From NCBI GenBank assembly GCA_030390025.1, contig CM059431.1, forward strand, positions 120,220,001 through 120,284,000: 64,000 bases of DNA, given 5' to 3'. Below are positions 12,841 through 26,844 of the stretch, in pieces. The stretch's first letter is position 1. The number at the start of each line of letters is the position of its first letter. The notes beneath the pieces are model-generated. The model had not been told where the DNA came from. It did no database searches and saw only the letters and a list, made by a program, of their open reading frames with translations. The position numbers were made by a program, and so were the translations under genes. Source of the DNA: Squalus acanthias. Its lineage: Eukaryota.

Positions 12841-14910
12841 TGAAAAATGCATTGCAGTACAACCGCATACTAGCCACCTTAATAGAATCTCCATTAGAAT
12901 TTTCCATTATAACAAAATGTTACCATGGCATGACTAAAGAATTTATAATGTTACACAGCAGTACAAGTTTTGTGACATAAATGGATTTATGGTCATATCT
13001 TCCGGCTAGCCACAGAGCCTTAGCTCCAAGTTTATGAGTCCTTTAAGTAGCGCTACATAGGGTCAGCTCCCGACTTATACCACCTATGGTTTGTGAACAA
13101 GTACAGGAAACAGCAGTGGCAGTGCCGATTGACATTAAAATGACATTTGGGTCCAAACAAGTTTATAGAACTCGTTTTAATATGTTAATTTGGCCCCTGC
13201 CAGTTTCCAGTAGGTGCACTGGTCGCCTAAATTGAGGCCCACTCGAAAATTTCAAAGGGTGGGCCTCCGGTGGTAAGTCAGCAGTTTTGTTTTTAGCGAT
13301 ATTTATCCCACTATCACCTGTTCGTACTGAAAAACCGGGGCGACAGGGAGATGAAAATCAGCCCCAGTATGTGCAATTAAATTCAGTGTGTGTAGGACAG
13401 AGACAATACTGTTGACAATAGGGTCCATTTTCAGAGTCTGTACCAGTAGTGAAATGCCTGGCCTACTTCCGGTGCATATCAGACAATTGCCGGCATGTTG
13501 CCTGTGAGTTTCTCTCCATGCTTTTAAATATAACATAATGTTTGGATTTATCAGACCAATTATTTTATTATGAAAATGCATTTTGTATGAATCTTGACAA
13601 AAAAATATATACAAATCTACATGGAAGAGGATCCATCAAGCCCACTCCATCTAGACATGTTTCAGCCTCGTACATATTCAACCTCCCCCCACCTCCCCAG
13701 TCAGGCGATCTCTTGGTTTGGATAACTCTTTGACTTGATTCATTGTTCACTTCTCAAAAGTGGCTACCAATATTTTTCTGTGAATTCATTCCTCTGTCTG
13801 TACACCAAATTAATCTGTAATCTACTTCAAAATAGCAGAAATATGAAGATCCACAAAAAATCTTTTTAATCCGCACCCAAGAGCAAAGGGAATCAAAGTC
13901 TCAAATTCACGTCACAAACAGACGATTCGGGACCCAATTACAGCTTGCCCTCAGACCTTGCGCACCTTATAATGTGCTTTTATTTACTGCCATCTGCTTT
14001 CTCTCACAACAGGGTTTTAACAGCATAGAAATATTATTTCAGAAATTATGTATACTAAATGGCAGCAATGTTATGGTAGTTAAATTAGTTCCCAGCAGAG
14101 ATTTAAAAAAAAGCTCCTCCGCATTTATAAATGAAACAACAGATGTGCTTGCTCTTGCATGTTTCTTTTGCCCACAGCGAAATCCACAGACTTGCTTTCA
14201 TCCTTGAGGCTTCATTTTCTGATTTGTGTTAACATTTCTCCTGAATTGTGGTTTGCACATCCATTAACTACATTTCAAAGTTTCACTACATAAAAAGGTT
14301 GTAAACATGCTTGTTTGATATTATCCACGGTTATGGATTGTGTGTTAATGGGGACCAGCTGGAACTGCTCAAATAAGTCATTAATATATCTCAGCTCAAG
14401 TGTTTTTTTTTTATCTGCTACGAAAGCAGGGATCTGAGCCTCTGAATATTTCAGAGGTTAGGCCAAAATTTTATGTCAAAATAAAATAAAAAGCAAAAAT
14501 GTTTCAGACTTTTGGGACAGTATTGCAACTGAGAAACTGTTTGTTTTTCCTGATGTTATGTGGCAGAAAATGGGTTTGAAATGTAAAAACTAGGACATTA
14601 TGCAGAACGTTATTTTCATACTGAAAAATATTGCAGCTCCAGCTCTCCCATTTCACAGAGTTAAAGAAGGAATCATGTATGTAACACAATTTCAGGTTTG
14701 TCACCCTTGGAGTACTTCTACTAAAAAAAAAATGCAGAAATGTTTGCAGTAAGTTATTGCTGTAGGATGTGACCTTCAGTGAATCAGCTCCAAGCTGTTC
14801 CATCAGGTGCGCCTCCCTGCAGGTTACACTGAGGTCAGCGACAAAGGATCCTCCGTTGATGAATGTTTAAACTTAGAGGGCATTAGGATGCAGTTTCCGT
14901 TTTCTCCATC

Positions 14911-15375
14911 ATCCGTGGCTCAGTTGGTAGCACTCTCAACTCTGAGGCAGAAGGTTGTGGGTTCAAGTCCCACTCCAGGGACTTGAGCTCAAAAATCTAG
15001 GCTGACACTCCAGTGCAGTACTGAGGAGGTGCTGCACTGTCGGAGGTGCCAGCTTTCGGTTGAGACATTAAACCGAAGCCCCGTCTGCCCTCTCAGGTGG
15101 GTGTAAAAGATCCCATGACACTATTATGAAGAAGAGCAGCGAAGTTATCCCCGGTGTCTTAGCCAATATTTATCCCTCAATCAATATCACTAAAACAGAT
15201 TAACTGGTCATGATCACATTGATGTTTGTGGGAGCTTGCTGTGCACAAATTGGCTGCCACATTTCCTAGATTACAACAGTGACTTCATTGTACGTCATTG
15301 GCTGTAAAGTGCTTTGGGACGTCCGGTAGTCGTGAAAGGTGCTATATAAATGCAAGTCTTTCTTTCGTTCTTTCT
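14911..15375 (+). mobile_element. SacSINE1-like tRNA-derived SINE (Deu-SINE type)
   Basis: A box tggctcagttggtag, B box ggttcaagtccc, central domain, and L2-like tail gctatataaatgcaagtctttcttt. Confidence 0.8.
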
Positions 15376-15739
15376 CATAACATTAAGCAGGTTGAAAAAT
15401 ATGATCATAAAATTTCCAAGAGGTCCAGGGATTTTATTGAGCACTTTTAAAGTACGATATCTGATACAAAGTTAAGCTGATGTGAGACTATCTCCTGGAG
15501 GTAGTCTGACAGTTTCTGGCTGCAGTGCACTGAAGAATCAGATTGCCAGCTCGACTCCTGAGTTATACTGCCACTTTTATACTGTTTCACACCCAAAACT
15601 GCTTCACGTTACTGAGATTGTGTGCCCTATGAGAAGAATGTGTAAGTGTGGAGGCTAACTGCAGGTCTGATTTCCTTGGTTTGCTATTGTAGTGAAATTG
15701 TAAATATCTTCTTTATACTTCTGGTTATGATTTTGCTGG

Positions 15740-16130
15740 GAGGGGCATGCCTATGGCTTAATGGTAGCCTTCCTTCCTCTGAGTCCGAAGGTGAAGCGTT
15801 TGACCCCCACTCCAGTCAGCCTTGCCGAGTGGATGCTCGAATATGGTCTCTAAGTAGTGATGTGTAATATAGGGAAAGCTATAGCCAATTTGCACAGAGT
15901 AAGGTCCCACAAACAGCAGTGAGAGAAGATGATTTATTTTTGATCGTGTTGCTTCAGGGATAAATGTTGGCCAGTACACTAGAACTCCACTGCTTTTCTT
16001 CAGATACTGCTGTGGGATATTTGACCTCCACTTGAACAGGCAGATTGGACATCATCTCATCCAAAAGATGACTCCGCCAACAATGCATCATTTTTACTCA
16101 GAGGCAAGAGTGCTACCACTGGGCCAAGCT
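15740..16130. mobile_element. Degenerate SacSINE1-like fragments in both orientations
   Basis: Partial similarity to 14911-15375: forward ~15740-15860, reverse ~15880-16130. Confidence 0.5.
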
Positions 16131-16399
16131 GAAACTCAATGGGACCTATATTACAGAGTAGAAATACAGTTTAAGTTAGCTTAACAAGTTGAGGAACAAG
16201 ATTTGATTCAGAATACAAATTAACAAGCAGGTAGATAAGGTGGGCATGAAGCAACAGCATTAAAATTTGATTTTACCACAGTACTGATTCAAGCAAAGGA
16301 TAAATTCATGGCAAAAGATTTTCAGAGCTATGAAGATAATTTGGTGAAGGTGTTATGCTTAAAAAAGTTTTTTTATTTACTATTTATTTACTAGTGTCA

Positions 16400-16762
16400 G
16401 CCTCACCTCTGAGTCAGAAGGTTGTTGGTTCTAAGTCCCACAGAGATTTGAGCACAAAAATCTAGGCTGACACTCCAGTGCAGTACTGAGGGAGTGCTGC
16501 ACTATCAGAGGTGCCATCTTTCAGATGAGATGTTAAACTGAGGCCCAGTCTGCTCTCTCAGGTGGACGTAAAAGATCCCATGGCACTAGTTCGAAGAAGA
16601 GCAGGGGAGTTATCCTGGCCAATATTTATCCCCTAATCAACAGCACCAAAAAAACAGATTATCTGGTCATTATCACATTGCTGTTTGTGTTCATTAGCTG
16701 TAAAGCACTTAGGGATTTCCAGTGGTCGTGAAAGGCGCTATATAAATGCAAGTCTTTTTTTC
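16400..16762 (+). mobile_element. SacSINE1-like SINE
   Basis: Colinear with 14935-15365 and ends in the same tail. Confidence 0.8.
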
Positions 16763-18354
16763 TATTATTGCTGTGACTTTGCTACATAATTATTGCTTTA
16801 ACATTCTCAATTCTGTAACAGTGGATGATAAATATATAGGCAAATTAATTAATATTTATGTCAAATAGTAATCGAAATAACGATACCCATCTATTCAGCC
16901 AGTGCTCATCTAATTTGTTATCAAGCCCATGGAAACTCAGAAGAATAAAATGAAAGGCAACATAATATATGCACATGCTATAAAATAGTGCAGATCTGTG
17001 AATTTGTACTTCGCCATTCACCAATAATCTAGAATTAATCTAATGATCATCCAGAATTTCCTGCAATGGTGAGATTGGCGATGTACGCCATGAATTTCAC
17101 AGTTTTGAGTGGTACAATTGCCGTTACTAACTTACTGCAACATTTCCTGGTTCTGTATCTAGAATACATCACAGCGAGCATGGCAGATAATCAGAAGCAG
17201 TTCAGCCGAGGTCTAAACTATTGATCCCGTCGCTAACCATATAATTTCATGTCATAGGTGATAATATTTCCACAATTTAACCCGGCGACAACTTTTCTAT
17301 TGAATTTAAATGAGCGCTGCCAATTCAGGATAATATACCAATATAGCAATTGGCTTTCCAGATTAAAAAAAAAGTTTTACAAGTTCTGTTTCTGTAAAAC
17401 AAATAACTATATACAGTTAAATGGAAAGAGGGAATATTGTTAAAATTGTTATAGAAAATATGTAGATTACTTCATTTAAATAGACTTTTATTATATCTTC
17501 TTTTCTTCTGGAAAGTGACTAAATTAGAAATGAACAGTTTAACAAAATACTATAGGTGACAAATTCAGCAAGTTCTAGGTGTGATTGTCACAGATGCACC
17601 AAATGACCACAACTCTGTATTGCAATAATTTGTGGCATACTTGCTGGTTGAAATAAAATTGACTTTCTGAGAACATTTGTCATTCACCTATGTATAATCA
17701 GAATAAACCTGACATTTTATTTATTTAATTTATATCGACACCAAATGGTTTTAATAGCAATGGAAATATAATTATTTATATCTATTTAATACAAATGTGG
17801 TAAATGATGAAATGTTATCATAGGCATGCAATTTTGTGTCTTTTGTACATTTAACATTTACGTAAAACAATTACTATACCAGTTTATGAAAGAAAAAGCT
17901 AAAGGATATAAAGCTATGCTAATTAAACTCAATTGGTGTCAGTAAGGGGATTTCATCTATTACAGAAACTAATTGCAGGACACTTACATTAATTGTGATC
18001 GTATTAAGGCCTCATTAGACAGACTAGTGAAATATTCCACTACCCTAATGTTTATCACAATGTAAATGATTACGATGCCAAGTAATTTTCATTTTACATC
18101 CAATTAAATATATGCTTATATTAATGACATATTATTTAAAAAGTTATAACTGAGGACAAGTTATTGGAAGGATTTCAAAGCTGGGAAGATGTAGAAAGCA
18201 AGGTCTAAAAATGAGTATATAAATGCCACAGAGTTGGCATAGAACGAATGATCAGTGTCATTAAGAGGGAGAAAGCAGGATTTGTGGGTCAAACCGTAGG
18301 GAGTTGGATGAAAGGACAATTTCATCATGAGTGTCAGTGCAACACATGACATTT

Positions 18355-19390
18355 CTGGCCCTAACTAATCCAGGGGCTTGAACTAATAATTCACAGAATG
18401 TGAGTTCAAATCGCACCATAGCGGTGTGAGAATTTGAATTCAGTTTTTTTAAAAAAATCTAGAAATAAAAAGCTGGCGCCAGTAAAAGTGATCATGAATG
18501 GTTCACTAATGTCTTTTAGGAAAGGAAACCTGCTGTCCTTACCCAGGCTGGCCTATATGCGGTTCAAGTCCCACACCAATGTGGTTGACTCTTAGGGCTG
18601 GATTTTCATTGACCCGTGGAGGTGGGTTTGGAGGCGTGTGGGGGGTTAAAATTGCGAAAACTGTCAGACGGGCACAAGTCCCCCTCCATCCCACTTCCAC
18701 GCAATTTTCATTAAATCGTGTCTGCTGGTCCCGACTCCGTCCTGCCTCTAAGAGACGGGATAGGCTGTTAAGGCCCTTAACAAGCACTAAATTGCCTCTA
18801 TAATGCCATTTTGAAAGGCCTTTGTGATTTTAACCCTTTTTCTTCGTGAAGCACGCCTGTTCTGAACCACGAATGTGAAACCTGGCGGGAACACATTTGG
18901 CTGGCTGTGGGGATGCATATATGGATGGCTATGTGGGGAGACATATCTGGGAGTGGTGGTGTAAAAATATCTGGGAGCAGACTTAGGACTGCTGCTGCTC
19001 ATTTTGCAGGTCCTCTCACAGCAAAGGCCAGGCAGTCTTTGAAGACCTTCAATGCAGCAGCAATGATGACCTTCAATGCAGCAGCAATGATGACATCATC
19101 AGAGGCGACTTTCAGACTGAAAACACTAATTGGTTCATGGGTTCCCACATGCTGGAACTCAATTGCCCAATTAGGTGAAAATTGCATCAATCTCCCACAT
19201 CCAATTGCAGTCGGGTGGATAACACGAAAAGTGGATGACACGACCCCAATCCGCCCCAGTATCAAAATCCAGCCCTTAAACTGCCCTTTTAAATGTCCCA
19301 GCAAGGCACTCAATTGTAACAAACCATTACTTCAGCAACCAGAGATGGGCAATAAATGCCGGCCTTGCCAACAATGCCCACATCCAAACA
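18355..19390 (+). mobile_element. Bipartite SINE-like element, split by MITE 18595-19275
   Basis: gagttcaaatcgcacc..ggttcactaatgtcttttaggaaaggaaacctgctgtccttaccc..gtggttgactctta|aactgccc..gatgggcaataaatgccggccttgcc. Same head+tail layout as 4432-4841. Confidence 0.7.
18595..19275. mobile_element. Harbinger-type MITE
   Basis: TIRs gggctggatttt / aaaatccagccc with canonical TTA TSD. Confidence 0.85.
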
Positions 19391-19439
19391 CAACACACAA
19401 AATATTCGATCACAACAGGCACACTCTCAAAACACCTCA

Positions 19440-21430
19440 CAAGGTTGTCACTAGCACAATTCGCTCTTTCTTTCAGGAGGTTGGTGATAGCAGCTGCAGT
19501 TTGTCATGCAAAGTGTGTAGGGTGAGATAGAAGTAAGAAGGGGTAAAGAGGCTCAGGTGTGAAGAAACCTCAACTCCTCCAGCCTTGCCACTAGCCAAAG
19601 CCATGACTTTCCTCCTGCCCGTGATGGCCAGTATATCTTCTTCCAGAGGGAAAAGGGTTTGCAGGCGGGATCGGCCTCTTCTGTTTTGCGATTGCCTGCT
19701 ACAAGTTGCGCGCCAACTTCTCTTACACTAAAAGCCTGCCCTTATCCCTCTCTTTCAATTCAGGTGTTGAAGAAATACCTCCGCCACTTCAGGAGAAGGA
19801 GGTGAGCCTCCCTGAGGATACAGTATCACTCAGTCTGACCCTTGCAAGCACCAGCTCAGAGACTGGCACCACATGTATTTTTGAGGGTAGGTTAGAGGAG
19901 GGGTCTTAACGTGGTGAATTGCTGGCCACAAGTGTGCAGGAATATGGGGCTAGGACACCATAGGTGTCAGATCGCCGGAGGGTGAGATTACATACTAGCT
20001 CTGCGGCAGAGGACTCAGATGCTGACTTTGAGGGCCCCATTTACCAATGTAACTGATTGGCATATATCACAAAAAACTAGGTGCACTTGGCAGCCTACCA
20101 GAGAGCTTGCGCACAATAGCTCATAGCATGGAGGAATCCAGCTCTAACTTGTGTCGAGGCTTCGCGTAGAGCATGGAGGCCATATTTTCCAACATGGACT
20201 CAATAGTGAGCTCCATAAACACAACACCAGCACCCACCATGATGGAGCCTCTGCTAACTGCTGTGACAACTTTCATGGCAGCTCACATTGCTGCCATGGA
20301 AGTTCAGATGGCTACCATCTTGGCTGTAGGACCATGTTGACAGGGGCTTCCAGAGCATCACATCACTCCTGCATTTTGTTCTCATGCAGAACCGTAGGAG
20401 TGCTGAGGCATCGTTCCAGGACAGTGGCCTTGGCACCTGCTGTCCTCTCTCAGGTCGACAGAATGCCTGCTACCCCACAACCCACACTGCGAGTGCGCTT
20501 GTTAGTGCCACACAGCCAGCTGGGCCAGGCTGCTCTGGGACACGCCGAGATGCTGCAGTCTGAAGCTGGACCCTCAAGGCCTGGAGCTGCTCGAGGTCGC
20601 CCACCACGGCCATCAGAAATGTCCTCAATCAAAGCTCAGCAGCCCTCCAGCTCCCAAACTGTAGCCACTGGAGAATCACTTCGTACGAGTACTAGGATAG
20701 GTAAATGAGCACACAAGACAGGCACTAATCGGTTGCACAAAGATGATTGTTAATTATTCCTGTTAAATATTAAACACAAATAGAATTGAGTGTTGGATTT
20801 TTTTTTTCGGGATTTGGTGTTAGTGTTAATACTTAGAGTGAACTAAGAGCAACACCCATAAGGCTGTACTAAAGGTGATAGTGAGAATGATGGTGTCAAG
20901 GATTGCAGGACTGGTGGTGTATTGGAGGGATGGTTCAGATGAAGTGGTCTTGGATGAGTTGCTCAGTAAGAACTCTGGTGGTTGGTGCTGCTCCTGCTCT
21001 TCTTCCTCTTTATGCTGTTCTTCCTCCTCCTCCTTCTCCTGCAATTCCTGCTTCCCAGGTGGTAAGGGAAGATCCCTCATTATCGCAAAGTTATACAGCA
21101 TGCAGCACATGACCACAAATCTGGAAACATAGTCAGGGCTTTAATGTAAAGCAACTCCTGAATGGTCCAGGCAGTGGAAGTGTTGCTTGAGCATGCCAAT
21201 GGTCTGCTCGGTGATGTTTCTAGTGGCAGCACGGCTCTCATTGTAGGCTACATCTGCAGCTGTGCCCGGGTTGCTGACAGGAGGTATGAGCCGTGTCTGA
21301 AGAGGATACACTTTGTTGCCCTGTAGCCAGTCTGTGGCCTGACATATTGGTTGGAATAAAGGTGGCACAGAAGATTGGAGCAATATGAGCGAATCATGAG
21401 ATTTTCCAGGAAACCGAGCATGCAGACACC
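19440..21430. mobile_element. Harbinger remnant: Myb-gene 3' exon (+) and transposase 3' part (-)
   Basis: Minus strand ARFPGKSHDS..YNESRAATRNITEQTIGMLKQHFHCLD..CCMLYNFAI. Plus strand GPSRPGAARGRPPR C-terminus (20151-20708). Confidence 0.75.
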
Positions 21431-22681
21431 AAGGAAAGAGCCTGATCCAAAATGGCGGGTGAAGAATGAAACAATGGGGAACTGGTAGATGTGGCGTATT
21501 TGGATTTTCAGAAGGCCTTCGATAAGGTCCCACACAAGAGGTTGGTGAACAAAATTAGGGCACATGGAATTGGGGGTAATATACTAGCATGGATTGAGAA
21601 TTAGTTAACAGACAGAAAACAAAGAGTAGGGATAAATGGGTCTTTTTCAGGATGGCAGGCTGTGACTAGTGGAGTACCACAAGGATCAGTGCTTGGGCCC
21701 CAGCTATTCACAATCTATATCAATGATTTGGATGAGGGGACTAAATGTAACATTTCCAAATTTGCTGATGATACAAAGCTAGGTGGCAGTGTCAGTTGCG
21801 AAGAGGATGTGAAGAGGCTTCAAGGGGATCTCGACAGGCTCAGTGAGTGGGCGCGAACATGGCAGATGGAATATAATGGATAAATGTGAAGTTATCCACT
21901 TTGGTAGATAAAACAGAAAGGCAGGGTATTTCCTAAATGATGAAAGATTGGGGAATGCAGATGCTCAAAGGGGTGTCCTTGTACATGAGTCGTGAAAGTG
22001 AATGTGTAGGTGCAGCAAGCCATTAGGAAGGCACATGGTATGCTGGCCTTCATTACAAGAGGATGTCAGTACAGGAGTAAAGAAGTCTTACTCCAATTAT
22101 ATAGAGCCTTGGTGAGACCACACCTGGAGTACTGTGTGCAATTTTGGTCTCCTTACCTAAGGAAGGATATACTTGCCATAGAGGGAGTGCAACAAAGGTT
22201 CACGAGATTGATTCCTGGGATGGCGGGACTGTCGTATGAGAAGAGATTGAGTAAACTAGGCCTGTATTCTCTTGAATTCAGAAGAATGAGAGGGATCTCA
22301 TTGAAGCATACAAAATTATTACAGGGCTTGATAGGATGGATGCTGGGAGAATGTTTCCCTTGGCTGAGGAGTCTAGAACCAGGGGCCACAGCCTCAAGGT
22401 AAAGGGTAGGCCATTTAGGACTGAGATGAGAAGAAATTTCTTCACACAGAGGGTGGTGAATCTTTGGAATTCTCTACCCCAGAGGGCTGTGGAGGCTCAG
22501 TCATTGGGTATATTCAAAAAAGAAGTTGATAGATTTCTGACTAGTAAGGGCATCAAGGGATATGGCGATGGGGCCGGTGAACGGAGTTGAGGCAGAGGAT
22601 CAGCCATGATCTTATTGAATGGCAGAGCAGGCTCGAAGGGCCGAATGTCCTACTCCTTCTCCTATTTCTTATGTTCTTATG
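21430..22681 (+). mobile_element. CR1 LINE fragment
   Basis: [34 protein letters not shown] and RPHLEYCVQFWSP, with CR1 3' tail. Confidence 0.92.
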
Positions 22682-23250
22682 TAAGGTGGTAGATGGGGTG
22701 CCAATCAATCGGGCTGCTTTGTCCTGGATGGGCCAACACGGTGGCATAGTGGTTAGCACTGTTACCTCACAGCGCCAGGGACCCGGGTTCAAATCCGGCC
22801 CCGGGTGACTATCTGTGTGGAGTTTGCACATTCTCCCCGTGTCTGCGTGGGTTTCCTCCGGGTGCTCCGGTTTCCTCCCACAGTCCAAAGATGTGCGGGT
22901 TAGGTTGATTTGGCTATGATAAATTGACCCTTAGTGTTAGGGGGATTAAATACATGGGGTTACGGGGTTAGGGTGGGATATGTGTCGGTGCAGGTTCGAT
23001 GGGCCGAAATGGCCTCTATCTGCACTGTGGGGATTCTGTGATTCTGTGATTCTGTGTTGAGCTTCTTGAGTGTTGTTGGAGCTGCACTCATCCAGGCAAG
23101 TGGAGAGTATTCCATCACACTCCTGACTTGTGCCTTGTAGATGGTGGAAAGGCTTTGGGGAGTCAAGAGGTGAGACACTCACCGCAGAATACCCAGCCTC
23201 TGACCTGCTCTTGTTGCCACAGTATTCATGTGGCTGGTCCAGTTAAGTTA
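22682..23250 (-). mobile_element. Crack/L2-like LINE fragment split by HE1 SINE
   Basis: SHLLTPQSLSTIYKAQVRSVMEYSPLAWMSAA (23056-23180) and IQDKAARLIGTPSTT (22682-22730). Confidence 0.8.
22731..23056 (+). mobile_element. HE1-like V-SINE
   Basis: tRNA head ggtggcatagtggttagcact..ggttcaaatcc, V-domain tgtgtggagtttgcacattctccccgtgtctgcgtgggtttcctccgggtgctccggtttcctcccaca, and (gattctgt)n tail. Confidence 0.88.
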
Positions 23251-23852
23251 TGCTGGTAAGGTTAATTTTACTTCTTCCCCTGCATGTACGTGATACAGGC
23301 AAGCACAGCCTAATTCTTTCTGTCTGACAATAAACCCCTTCGCAGTGTCTTGTGCCTGGAAAAGAGTGCAGAAATGCAGCTACTGCTGCAGTCCTAAGAC
23401 ATTTGCATCAGCAGTAATGGACACCGCTTTTGAAGCCTTCTGGCTGCTGCCCAAAATGGCAAAAGACATTCAGCACCAATCCCTGTCTCAACTGACCATG
23501 AGAGAAAAAGGTGACTTATCTTTTTTGGTCCTCTGGTCTATTTGCCTCTCTCCAATTATCCTATTTGAAAGGGACTGGTGGTAGAGCATAAGGCCCATGT
23601 TCCGGGTGCCACTGAAAGTAACCATCCTTCCTGCACTGGGGAAGAAAATGAAGCAGAATGTTATGCTCTCTGCCAGCTATTAGCATGCTTGTAATGTGCT
23701 TGGTAATCAGATGGGAAGGAGCTTAACCTTAGCATGAGGTGGGAGGAGCCACCATGGGCATCTGGCCCTTTTCTTCTCTTTTACACCTGAGAACTGAGAA
23801 TTAATTGAACAGCAAGTTCATCCTTAGCCCAGATGACATCATTCTAAGTGAA

Positions 23853-23876
23853 TATATATATATATATATATATATA
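23853..23876. repeat. (AT)n microsatellite
   Basis: Visible dinucleotide run. Confidence 0.9.
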
Positions 23877-26115
23877 TTTCCAATGTGACTCCTACTCAAA
23901 CTAAGGTTGCAAGTGCTTCTGATCAGTCCCATTTGGATATACATTCAGCACAAAGGCAACTTACAAGGAGAAATTAGATTCTGGTGCTGAATATCATTGA
24001 CATTTCATCCTTTTTGGAAACCATGCGTCACATATTATGCTAAAGAATAATATGTCCAAAAATTCCAGTGGATCTCTTCTGCCATCACCAGTGCAACAGA
24101 GTGGACCCCCCCCCCCCTACCCCCCCCCCCCCCCCCCCGCCACCCATCTGCCCAAGCCAATTATTCAGGGCCCATCTCAAATTATAGGGACGGGGTCATT
24201 TGCATGGTCAGCGTGGGCACAGCGCACCTGCAAGGGTGCTTCAGCCGCACTCGTGCCAAACCACCACCGGAATATCAGAGCAGGCCCATCCCAGTCCGAT
24301 GGTGGAGTAGACTCAGCAAGGCACTGAAAAAATCTTCTTCATCACACCTTCTGCTCCGAATGGCCAAGTCGGTCCTCAATAGGACTCATGTCGGCTATCA
24401 GCCAGTGTGAGTTCTACTGCGGCCTACACAAGGTGTAAAGGGAGGAATTTCAGATGTAGCCTGTGAACTCCATTAGACACACCCTCTTGAACACCAACCT
24501 ATGCACCCACCCCTCCACACCAAATTTAAAGGGCCAGTGTAAACAGTAATTAATCCCATGAGCCTTAATATGATTCAAAAGGCACTAATACCTGTCCAAG
24601 TAATCTAGTGAAGGGAAGGATATTTAGCTTTGTGCTGGTGATGTACCTGTTCAATATTTGGTTGTCTGGGAGGGAGGATGTATGCAGCTTTGTGGTTGAG
24701 GTGGCATCACTCATTATCTGATTCCTGATTTTCACTGGGGAATAAGATAGCCGACAATTTTGTACTATGTCTGTTTGATCTACAAATGTTTCAAAATGAT
24801 GAGACTTATTCCCCATGATTTTTTTTCAATCTAGATGAAACCATTTTAGAAAAAGCTGTTTTAATATTCATCTATTGGCTTCAGAAAATATGTGTTTTAG
24901 AAACACTAAAGCTTAATCCAACATCTATAACAGCATAAATTCTTAATCACACATGTGCACTAGTTTTTCACGCAAGAAAGTGGCATTATGGTGAAAGATC
25001 ATAAAGCTACTCTCTGACCTTACAGACCTTAAAGCTAATTAATTGGATGTATTAGATACAGTAGTACATATATTCTGAAGGCAAATACACATTTTCATGG
25101 TAAAGTACATCCTGGATGGAAATGTGTATGCATTGTATAATAAGACTAAACAGTCTGTTCCCATAGTGCTGGGAGTGGGAAAATCAAGATACCAGGAAGA
25201 TTTTCCCAGGGAGACGAATCACAGTTCAGTATGGGGTCACTGAAATCCAAAATAAAAGTTTTTTACATCCTCATAACTAAGGTTCTCAGTATGAATGAGT
25301 GGTTTCTCTAGTTTGGCAAACACAATTCAGAACAAAGCACAAAGAATGAATGCATGCCACAGCCATTGGGAAAATCGAGTATTTAAGAGACTAATTTTGT
25401 AAGCTGGTAGTGCACGGAGTTCTAAACTTACTTTCTGCTGTTTTCTTTAAATACAGTGACACAAGCTGAAGTTTCAGTGGTTTCTGACAAGCAATAAGGC
25501 TTTTTTGAGGTGATGTGCGAACTCTAATAAAGACCATGCATCCTTTTGTACTCAATTATACCCTTACAGGTCATCCCTTGGTTTCTTGTGCCTCTGGAAA
25601 TCAGAGGTCAGGCCAAAGCCTCTTCTCAGGAAATTGCCAATGTCACTCTTAGTTCACTGATAGTAGGTACACAACAATGATCTGGTGAGGACATCAGTCC
25701 CAATTATCCCTCCTACAAATGGAGCCACCCAAAGCCTCTCATGCAATATACTTGAGATAGGCAACTCAGCATAATGGGGTGCAACCCTTCAATTACCCAG
25801 CACATGGCATCGACACTGTTCTCCACTCGTCCATGACACTGTTAATTCCTAATAATTAAAAACAATCTTTTGTGGTTAAGAACATTCTGGATGAAAAAAG
25901 CTGCATTTGTTTATGCAATGATAAATCTTATGGAATGAATGATCAGAGCAACAATTCTTAAATATTCTGACTATGCTTTTGCATCTATGATTAACCCCCC
26001 TCCAGGCACCACATGTCTAATGGAAACATCTGTATCACAGATTATCCCGCAGTTATAGTTGTAATATCACTACAGCCCTGACAGATATTGTGCAGCATTG
26101 AAGAAAAGAGAGTAT

Positions 26116-26802
26116 GGGGGGAATTTTACCCACTCCCATCACAACAGGATGGGCAGGAGAGAGGCGGTGGGGAGGAGGGGGGCGGTAAATTCATAAAAAC
26201 TGGGAAACCCGACCGGTTTAACCAGGATGTGTTGGGGGTCGGGCGAGTAACCTGCTCTCGAGTGGTGGGTCAGTAATTTTGATATGTTAATGAGGCTGCA
26301 TGCCTCAGATTTTTAGCAGCCCTTTGGATTTAACAGTTGTGGGCGGGTTTCCCAGGGCTCGGGAATCCTGACAGCTAAAGGCAGGTGAGAACTGATGGAT
26401 TCAGTAGGTAAATGCTTTCCCAGCACTGCTTGTGGACCAGGAGGAGCAGTGCTTCCTCCTAGACCCCAAACTAACCTGCTGTGATTTGCCTCCCTCCCCC
26501 TCCCCAGCCACGGCCTGCTGCTGACTCCCCCAGCGATCTGATGCTGACCCGCGATCTCCCAACCAGCACCCCCCCCATCTGTGATCTCTCCCCCCCTCCT
26601 TCCCTTCTCTCCGGTCACCAGCTTCGGCCTTCTACCACAGGCCTTCCGTCTGCCAACTGGCCAGCCTCTCCATCTAGCCAGCAGAGAAAAAAAATTCAAA
26701 TGAGGTCCTGCCGTTAAATTTGGCAAGACCACCACGTTCCCCGTATTTTCCGCATTTTCCGGCCACTAAAAGACCCTCCCCGCTTCATGTAAATTTTGGG
26801 CC
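26116..26802. mobile_element. Harbinger-type MITE
   Basis: Imperfect TIRs ggggggaattttac / gtaaattttgggcc, TSD TAT. Related in reverse orientation to 47507-48204. Confidence 0.65.
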
Positions 26803-26844
26803 TATATGTTTCTGTTTCCTGATCAGCCCACTATGTGAGAGAAC

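Noticed and set aside
14911..14980. tRNA genes (also 22731 and 60776)
   Set aside because: The tRNA-like heads continue into SINE or LINE bodies and I could not support a full cloverleaf.
18907..19530. 207-aa ORF
   Set aside because: It crosses MITE and SINE boundaries and has no domain signature, so it is a chance ORF.
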